DNA of 64,000 bases from Angustibacter sp. (GTDB lineage Bacteria > Actinomycetota > Actinomycetes > Actinomycetales > Angustibacteraceae). Where the stretch lies: the NCBI GenBank assembly GCA_051657715.1, contig JBOFLF010000015.1, forward strand, positions 13,962-77,961. The letters are read 5' to 3'. Positions 9,791 through 16,900 of this stretch are shown in pieces (positions within the stretch are counted from its first letter, which is position 1; the number at the start of each line of letters is the position of its first letter). Below the pieces are notes generated by a model that was not told the origin of the DNA, did not search any database, and was given only the letters and a program-made list of their open reading frames with translations. The position numbers were made by a program, and so were the translations under genes.

Positions 9791-10258
9791 TCACTGCCGC
9801 TCCAGGTAGGCGTGACCGTCCACAGTCAGCGAGTCGGTCGGCCCGGCAAAGCCCACCAACGGCAACGGTGCCACCACCCGGATCCTCAGCACCCGAACAC
9901 CCGACTGGTCCACCTCAGATGCCGCGATCGTGTCAGCGAGGCGGGCGGCATACCTGGGGGACAGCTCGCTGGCTACCAGGTCTCGAGTCCGCTGTACCGC
10001 GTCGCCTGGCGAACGATCGGCTCGGGCACCGTAGCGAGCGCCTTCGGCGGCACAGTCGGTGAGCGTCGACCGCACGTGCAGCACCAGGCTGAGCTGAAGG
10101 ATCGACAGGAACATGGCGGTGAGCAGGCCAGCGACCAGAGCGAAATCGACGACCGCCGATCCACCTTGGCTGCCATCGCTCAGCGGTCGCGCCGCTTGCG
10201 CATCAAGGCCCGCTGACACCGGTGACCGCGTCTCGGAAGAGGTCATTGAGCAGGTCAC
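9791..10258 (-). CDS. TadE-like pseudopilin / pilus assembly protein
   Basis: 155 aa with TadE-type N-terminus (GGSAVVDFALVAGLLTAMFLSILQLSLVLH). The start may be a few codons downstream, because the longest ORF overlaps the preceding gene. Confidence 0.65.
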   Translation of the reverse strand: MTCSMTSSETRSPVSAGLDAQAARPLSDGSQGGSAVVDFALVAGLLTAMFLSILQLSLVLHVRSTLTDCAAEGARYGARADRSPGDAVQRTRDLVASELSPRYAARLADTIAASEVDQSGVRVLRIRVVAPLPLVGFAGPTDSLTVDGHAYLERQ

Positions 10259-10451
10259 CTGCTACCGCCCACAGCCCCGCGACGAGCCCGGCTGTCATGA
10301 GAGTGACCAGAACCCAGCCGGGGACGTCACCGCCATCAGGCGAACCGCTGGCCGTCCGGCGGGCGACTGAGCGAATTCTGCCCACCGCTGACCAAGACCT
10401 CGCATTCAACCTTGGGCTCAAACCGGTCCACGATCGCATCGGACCGCTCAT
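10203..10451 (-). CDS. small Flp/DUF4244-like candidate pilin
   Basis: Single hydrophobic helix near the C-terminus (GDVPGWVLVTLMTAGLVAGLWAVAGDLLNDLF), in the pilin position between tadC and the tadE-like genes. An internal ATG at 10451 follows AGGAGGA. The longest ORF starts at 10508 with an ATGA overlap on the tadC stop. True start unresolved. Confidence 0.4.
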   Translation of the reverse strand: MSGPMRSWTGLSPRLNARSWSAVGRIRSVARRTASGSPDGGDVPGWVLVTLMTAGLVAGLWAVAGDLLNDLFRDAVTGVSGP

Positions 10452-10504
10452 CGTCGTCCTCCTCTGGTGACTACCTACGTCTGGGCTGGGGATTGAGCGT
10501 GAAT

Positions 10505-11440
10505 TCATAGATCCAGGCGCAGGAAGCTGAACCCTGGGAACACCGCAAAGAGCACCGTGATGGGCAAGACCAGAAAGACAACCGGGACCATCATCGCGAC
10601 TTCGCGCGTCCCAGCCGCATCCATCAACGCTCGCCGCCCCGCTTCGCGTGCGTCCGCGGCCTGCCCACGGAGGACGTCGGCCAATGGCGTACCTCGTTCG
10701 ATCGCCACCACCACGCCATCGACGAACCTGGCTAGCGGGGTTAAGCCGGTCCGGTCAGACAGGCGTTGCAAGGCTTTCGTCACCGGCGTTCCGGATCGGG
10801 CATCGGCTAGGACCCGCTGCAGCTCCATGGACAGCGGACCGTCGCTCACCATCACCACCCGCTCGAGGGCGGCTATCGGCCCCTCCCCCGCCCCGACAGA
10901 CAACGCCACCATCTCGGCGACCGTCGGGAACTCAGCCATCATTGTGCGCTCGCGAACGACGACCTGCCGACCCAACCACCAGTCCCGAGCCGCCGCACCG
11001 AAGCCTCCACCGACCAGGACCAGCAATGCCAGCGGGACAACCGGTGCGGATCGCCACCACCACAACCACGCCGCCAGAGCGCCACCGACCACCACGCCGC
11101 CGACCGCTGCCACCACCTGCTGGGCACGGAACGCGTCTACGTCGTCCGGCAATCCGGCTCGCACCAACCGCTGGCGCACCGATTCCGCTCCGCCGAGGAG
11201 CCGCTCAGCGCGCCGCCCGAGACCGCGCGCCCACGGCGAGACCAGACGAATCAAAACCGAGGCTGAGCTCGTGACCGGATCGGTGCGCACCAACCGGCTC
11301 GGGGTCGGACCCTGGCGGAGATAGGGCGCGAGCCGTTGATCCAACGTGGGACGTCGGGTCAGTGGCAGCCATGTGATGACCAGCAGGACACCCAGAGCGC
11401 CGACCAGCCCGAGTGCCGCTCCAAGCCACGATGCGGTCAT
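10505..11440 (-). CDS. tadC: type II secretion system F-family inner-membrane protein (TadC-like)
   Basis: About 311 aa from the ATG at 11440 (MTASWLGAALGLVGALGVLLV). Polytopic membrane protein with a cytoplasmic T2SSF-like domain. Adjacent to a tadB-like paralogue. Confidence 0.8.
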   Translation of the reverse strand: MTASWLGAALGLVGALGVLLVITWLPLTRRPTLDQRLAPYLRQGPTPSRLVRTDPVTSSASVLIRLVSPWARGLGRRAERLLGGAESVRQRLVRAGLPDDVDAFRAQQVVAAVGGVVVGGALAAWLWWWRSAPVVPLALLVLVGGGFGAAARDWWLGRQVVVRERTMMAEFPTVAEMVALSVGAGEGPIAALERVVMVSDGPLSMELQRVLADARSGTPVTKALQRLSDRTGLTPLARFVDGVVVAIERGTPLADVLRGQAADAREAGRRALMDAAGTREVAMMVPVVFLVLPITVLFAVFPGFSFLRLDL

Positions 11441-11447
11441 GACGCCC

Positions 11448-12338
11448 TCATGAGGTACCAAGGTGATTGGTCGTGAGCACTCGCCGTTCTTCCGGGAGCG
11501 CAGCAATCCGAAGCATCGCCGCATAGGCCACGACGCTGAGCACCCCACCACTCAGCAAGACCAGCGCCCCGGCGGTCGTGCGGTATGCGGCAACCGATTC
11601 CGGGCGGGTGGCCAACAACCCGAGCACGATCCACGGCGCCGCGACCGCCAGCCGTGCACCAGTGACCGTCCACCCCTGCCTGGTGCGCAGTTCCGCCCTG
11701 GTGCGGATGTCCTGACGCAGGAAGGCAGACAACATCCTCAAGAGCCGGCCCACGTCGGTCCCCCCCACCTCACGGGCTAGGCGCAAGGCCTCGATGACGC
11801 GATCGGCCACCGGATCGGCCAGTCGCTCCTTGAGTTGGTCCAACGCTGGAGAGAAACGACCAGAGCCGCGGTAATCCCGAGCGAACTCGGCGAACGCCGG
11901 CCGCAGATCCTCAGGGCCTCGAATCGCGAGCTGTCCGACGGCTTCGGGCAGCTCAAGGCCGGCGCGGACAGCACTGGCCAGGTTGTCTATCGCATCTGGC
12001 CAGACGTCTCGAACAGCGGATCGGCGCCGGCGGGCTCGGGACCGAACCAGCAGCAGCGGTCCAGTCGATGCCATGAGTCCGAAGCAGACCGCGATGGGCA
12101 GCGCCCGGGCCAGACCGTACGCGGCTAACCCGATCACAAGTGCAACGACCACACTGGCTGACGCCAACGCACCCGGGCCGACATCGGGCAACCCGGCATG
12201 TCGCAAGTCGTCGGCCATCTGGTCTCGCACCGACGGCCGTCGGCCAGGCCGAGTCCGCGACGGCTCGGGGATCCAGCACGCCCACCACGTGCAGAACAAA
12301 CCCGTCCCGAGCACCAGGCCCAGCGCAAGACTCGTCAC
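11448..12338 (-). CDS. tadB: type II secretion system F-family inner-membrane protein (TadB-like)
   Basis: 296 aa. Its GTG start overlaps the cpaF stop (GTGA at 12335-12338). Membrane topology is like TadB. Confidence 0.8.
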   Translation of the reverse strand: MTSLALGLVLGTGLFCTWWACWIPEPSRTRPGRRPSVRDQMADDLRHAGLPDVGPGALASASVVVALVIGLAAYGLARALPIAVCFGLMASTGPLLLVRSRARRRRSAVRDVWPDAIDNLASAVRAGLELPEAVGQLAIRGPEDLRPAFAEFARDYRGSGRFSPALDQLKERLADPVADRVIEALRLAREVGGTDVGRLLRMLSAFLRQDIRTRAELRTRQGWTVTGARLAVAAPWIVLGLLATRPESVAAYRTTAGALVLLSGGVLSVVAYAAMLRIAALPEERRVLTTNHLGTS

Positions 12339-13696
12339 GCGAGTTCCCCGGTAGCGGCTGCCCAGCCCGACGGATGTGGTCTGTCTGACGGATGTGGCCT
12401 GTCTGACGAGTCACCGGCCAACAAGGCGACCGGATCGATGCCGATCCGCTCGAACCGTTCCGGGTGTGGCGCGAATCCCTCCGCCCGCACCAGCGTGCCC
12501 TCCCGAGCGACGAAGACATCCGCGGTCTCCAGCACGGTGCCCTCGACCCGCCCGGACACGGCGACGATCTCGCGCACCCGACGAGCCCCTGCGACGTCCT
12601 GGGCGAGGTACACCACCAGATCGATGCTGGCAGCGACGGTCGGCACGACAAAATGGGAGCCGACGTTCTCACCGGCTAGCAACGGCAACGTACACATTTT
12701 CACCAGCGCCTCTCGGGCGCTGTTGGCATGGACGGTGCACATGCCGGGAAGGCCGCTGTTCAACGCCAGCAACATGTCGAGGCTCTCCTCTTGACGCACC
12801 TCGCCGACCACGATCCGGGTCGGGCGCATCCGTAGCGCCTCCTTCACCAGCCGTCGAAGGGAGATCTCGCCCGTCCCCTCGAGATTCGGCTGCCGGCACT
12901 GCAGAGCGACGACGTCCCGAGCACGGATACGGAGCTCGAACACCTCCTCACAGGTGATGATCCGCTCACGAGGACCGATCGAACCAGCGAGGCAGTTCAG
13001 CATGGTGGTCTTGCCGGCCTGAGTACCGCCGGCGACCAGCACGTTGAGCCCGGCACGGACAGCGGCGTCCAGGAAGGCGGCGGCATGGCGGGTCAGCGTT
13101 CCGAGACGTACCAGGTCATCCAGATGTCGGGCACGGACCACGAACTTGCGGACGTTGACGGCCCAGTGCTCCCGGGTCACATCCGGGATGACGACATGCA
13201 GCCGGGATCCGTCAGGCAACGTAGCGTCCACGAACGGAGACGACACGTCGACCCGACGCCCCGAGGACCGCAACATGCGCTCGACGAGTTCCCGGACCTG
13301 CGTCGCCGTCAGGATCGTCGTGGTCAGCTCGGGCTCTCCGGAGCGAGCCACGAACACCTTGCCGGGCTCATTGATCCACACCTCCTCGACTGTCGGATCG
13401 TCCAGGAAGGGCTGGAGCGGGCCGAAGCCGGCGACCGAGTCCCAGACCCGTTGCACCGCAACGGCAGCGTCACCCAGCGCAGGGACGCCATCGGATAGCG
13501 ATCTCTCGTCGTAGTCCGCGACGACCTGCTGGACCAGCGACCGAGCGGTCGCCGGCTCGCGCAGCGGATCGAGACCCGAACCGCGGATCAGCTCCCGGAC
13601 CTCGTACTCCACCTGTGCCACGGCATCTGGTACCGATTCGACCACGCTACCCGTCGTTCCGGTTGATCCCGCACCACTGGCCACTCCGGTCTCTGC
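12335..13696 (-). CDS. cpaF: CpaF/TadA-family pilus assembly (secretion) ATPase
   Basis: Walker A GGTQAGKTT, Asp/His boxes (..RIITCEEVFEL.., ..RIVVGEVRQEE.., GLPGMCTVHANS). Start set at the GTG at 13696 (VAETGV...). The ORF is open to 13864, but those extra codons look non-coding. Confidence 0.9.
   Translation of the reverse strand, partial: AETGVASGAGSTGTTGSVVESVPDAVAQVEYEVRELIRGSGLDPLREPATARSLVQQVVADYDERSLSDGVPALGDAAVAVQRVWDSVAGFGPLQPFLDDPTVEEVWINEPGKVFVARSGEPELTTTILTATQVRELVERMLRSSGRRVDVSSPFVDATLPDGSRLHVVIPDVTREHWAVNVRKFVVRARHLDDLVRLGTLTRHAAAFLDAAVRAGLNVLVAGGTQAGKTTMLNCLAGSIGPRERIITCEEVFELRIRARDVVALQCRQPNLEGTGEISLRRLVKEALRMRPTRIVVGEVRQEESLDMLLALNSGLPGMCTVHANSAREALVKMCTLPLLAGENVGSHFVVPTVAASIDLVVYLAQDVAGARRVREIVAVSGRVEGTVLETADVFVAREGTLVRAEGFAPHPERFERIGIDPVALLAGDSSDRPHPSDRPHPSGWAAATGELA
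12372..12407. repeat. 18-bp x2 in-frame tandem duplication in the cpaF 3' end
   Basis: GGATGTGGTCTGTCTGAC is followed by GGATGTGGCCTGTCTGAC. It encodes ..SDRPHP SDRPHP.. in the C-terminal tail. Confidence 0.9.
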
Positions 13697-13856
13697 CACC
13701 CCTGCACCCCTGCCCTCGGTTGCCCGCCTCGAGTCTGCTGATGTCGCGCACTGACATCGAGCACGAGCAACCCTAGACAACGCCCGGTGGTGGACCAACC
13801 CGTCATCCACAACCCGGACGGCAGATCCTCCCACCACACACCACCGGACCTTCGGT

Positions 13857-13872
13857 GTTGACATGGGTCAAC
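13857..13872. promoter_or_regulatory. perfect 6-4-6 palindrome (candidate operator) in the cpaF / FHA-FtsK divergent region
   Basis: GTTGAC-ATGG-GTCAAC read directly. The left half contains TTGACA. It lies between the two divergent start codons. Confidence 0.35.
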
Positions 13873-13937
13873 CTAGCCACCAGCAACCCTGTGGATGCAC
13901 ACCCACGGTCCGGCCCGCTCTGGGGCAGCCTGGTGGG

Positions 13938-16900
13938 GTGAAACTGCGCTGCACCGTAGAGGGCGATGGTCCGACGTTCGTCGACCTCGTCATCGAAGCC
14001 GCGCCGGGTGCACGGTGGGGACAGGTCGCCCAGCAGGTCGTGGTCGCCTCAGGTCACCCGCTGGGCACGGTCTTCACCGCCGGGATCTCTGCTGACCGCG
14101 GGTATCTGGGCTCAGCGTGCCTGCCGGGCGCCGTGCCACTGCCGGATGCCGTACCGCTCGGACATCCCCCACTGGTGCACGGCGCGCTACTGCGAGCGAA
14201 CACCCTTGGCACGTCCCCGATGGCCGCACCGTCAGCGGCACCCGAGGGCCAGCTCGAGCTGCACGTGGTCGCTGGGCCGGACTGTGGACACGTACGGGCG
14301 CTGGAGCCCCGCGGGTACACAGTAGGACGAGGCGATGGCGCCGACATCCGCCTGGAGGATCCGTCGCTGTCCCGGCGGCACCTGCACCTCGAGGTCCGAC
14401 CGGATGGCGTGCGGGTCCAGGATCTCGGGTCCACCAACGGCACGCGGATGGGCTCCCGAGTGATCCGTCCCGGCTTGATCCCATGGCCGCTCGACGAGCG
14501 CATCGTCTGCGGGAACAGCGTGCTCGAGCTGCGTCGCTGCATCACGACCCCACTCTCGGTCCGGTGCCCCGGGGATGGCACGGTCCGCATCAGCCGGGCA
14601 GCAGTCGAGGCAAGGGATCCAGCAGACATCGAACTGCAGGCACCGACGCCGCCGACGCCGCATCCAGCGTCGAGGCCGGCGTGGGTGACCTGGTCGGCTG
14701 TCCTGCTGATGCCGCTCATCACGCTCGCCGGGGTGCTCACCCTGCATCGATCGCCCTACCTGATCCTCGCGCTGCTGACCTCCCTGCTGACGTTCGGCGG
14801 TGTTCTCGGCGAGCGCCAGCGGGATCGACGGCGGTGGGCCGAGGACCGCGCGCGCCATCAGCACGAGCAGGAGCGGCACCGCCGGCAACTCACCGCAGCC
14901 TTGACGGCCGAGGTGTCCGCCCGGCGCGCGGTCGCCGGTGATCCCGCCGCCAGCTGGTCGGCCCTGGCACGGCGGTCAGCAGGCCTGTGGCGCCGCACAG
15001 CTGACGACCCGAACCTGCTCTCGGTGCGGCTCGGCACTGGACCGGTCACGTCCCAGGTGCGCGAACGGACAGAGGACGGCATCCGGCGACCGGTGCTGCA
15101 GAACGCGCCGATCGTGCTCCGGCTAGACGAGGTTGGGCACCTGGGCATCACCGGGCCGACGGAACTGGTCCGAGCGATGGCTCGACAGCTGCTCGTCGAC
15201 CTGTGCATCGCAACCGGCCCTAGCGCTTTAGCAGTCATCACACCGGACACGCACCCGGCCTGGGCGTGGAGCCGATGGCTTCCCCACAAGATCGTGCGGG
15301 AGACAGCACCTCCAGCGGCGGAGCACCAGCGGCGGACGGTGGTGGTCCTGGACGTGCTGGACAAGCCTGCGAGCGCAGTCATCGTCCCGTCCAGCGGCCA
15401 GACCCTGGACGACACGCTCCTGCACGGCACGAAAACCCGTGGCCTCGCCCCTCACGAACTCGACATCGACGGCCTGGACACCGACAGCCTGAACATCGAG
15501 GCCCTGGCGCAGCGCGCCATACACCTGCTGGTGCTCTCACCTGCGCCTGCTGACCTTCCCGCGCAGTGCCGAGCCGTGGTGGACATCGCGGCACATGCAG
15601 GTGCGCTAGCCCGGTTGCCCGATCACCACCGGCTGTCGCTCCGGCCGGACGGCGTCGGGCTTCATTGGGCTCATGGCGCCGCTCGGATGCTAGCGCCGCT
15701 GCGCGAAGATGGCTCTCATGCGGGCTCTGAGGCTATCCCGGCTCAGGTCGCGTTGGCCGACCTGCTGGGACTCCCCGACAGCATCAGCGAATCCGAGGCC
15801 GTTCGGCTGGTAGCCAGCCGGTGGTGCTCCAACGGACGCAGCACGGTGATGATGCTCGGAGCGAACGGCACTGGACCGGTCTCAGTGGACCTGATGTCCG
15901 ACGGGCCACATGCATTGGTCGCTGGTACGACCGGCGCCGGCAAGTCTGAGCTGCTGCGCACCATGGTGCTGTCGTTGGCCGTCGCCAACCGGCCGGACGA
16001 GCTGGGCTTCGTGCTCATCGATTACAAGGGTGGCACCGCATTCGCCAACTGCGAACGGGTGCCACACGTCACCGGAGTGATCAGCGACCTGGACGAACAG
16101 CTGGCCGCACGCGCCCTCCGGTCGTTGCGGGCAGAGCTGTCCCGTCGTGAGCGGCTGCTCGCGGCAGGTCGGGCCGAAGACCTCGGCGCCTACCAACGGT
16201 GGGCAGACGCAGATCCTCGCCGCCCTCGGTTGGGACGACTGGTGGTCGTGATCGACGAGTTCCGCGCTCTCGCTACCGAGCTTCCTGACTTCATGGAAGG
16301 TGTCGTCCGGCTCGCTGCTGTCGGGCGGGCGCTCGGGATCCATCTGGTGCTGGCCACTCAACGCCCGGCCGGTGTCGTGTCGGCGGATATCCGGGCCAAC
16401 GTCAACCTGCGGATCGCCCTGCGGGTCCGCGATCGAGCCGAGTCCGATGATGTGCTCGACGCACCAGACGCCGCCGAACTACCGGTACGGCACCCGGGCC
16501 GAGCGCTTATCCGAAGCGGCGGCGATCCGTTGAGGATGCTGCAGGTGGCGCGCGCCGATGCTCGGAGCGCGCCAGCGCCACCGCCGTGTCCCACGGTTCG
16601 TCCCCTCGTCGAGGAGACAGACGCCCCCGCGACGACTTCAGCATCGACCGGAGCCCTCGACCGACTGGTGTCAACGGTCCGAGCGGCAACCGCAACACTG
16701 GCACTGCCGGCACCGGCGCGCCCGTGGCTGCCACCCCTACCCCACGTCCTGCCGGATGCAGCCCTCCGTCGGCGTCCCCGCCAACTGCCTGGTCAAGAGC
16801 TTGGTGAGCACCAGGGCGATGAGAGGCCGCACGCGGTGAAGCTGGGGCTGTTAGACGACCCGGACCAGGCACAGCAGACGCCCTATACCTGGCTACCCGA

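Noticed and set aside
13697-13864. The N-terminal 56 codons of the longest cpaF ORF (MSTPKVRWCVVGGSAVRVVDDGL...).
   Set aside because: Coding character is poor (Arg/Cys/Val-rich with mixed third positions). Including them would make cpaF abut the divergent gene. The start was trimmed to the GTG at 13696, though the true start remains uncertain.
13650-13950. Canonical 6C sRNA (two hairpins with loops of at least six C), expected by analogy next to a tad locus.
   Set aside because: The longest C runs here are four (CACCCCTGCACCCCTGCCC), and they do not sit in hairpin loops. Only the weaker C-rich structure at 13783-13848 is reported, with caveats.
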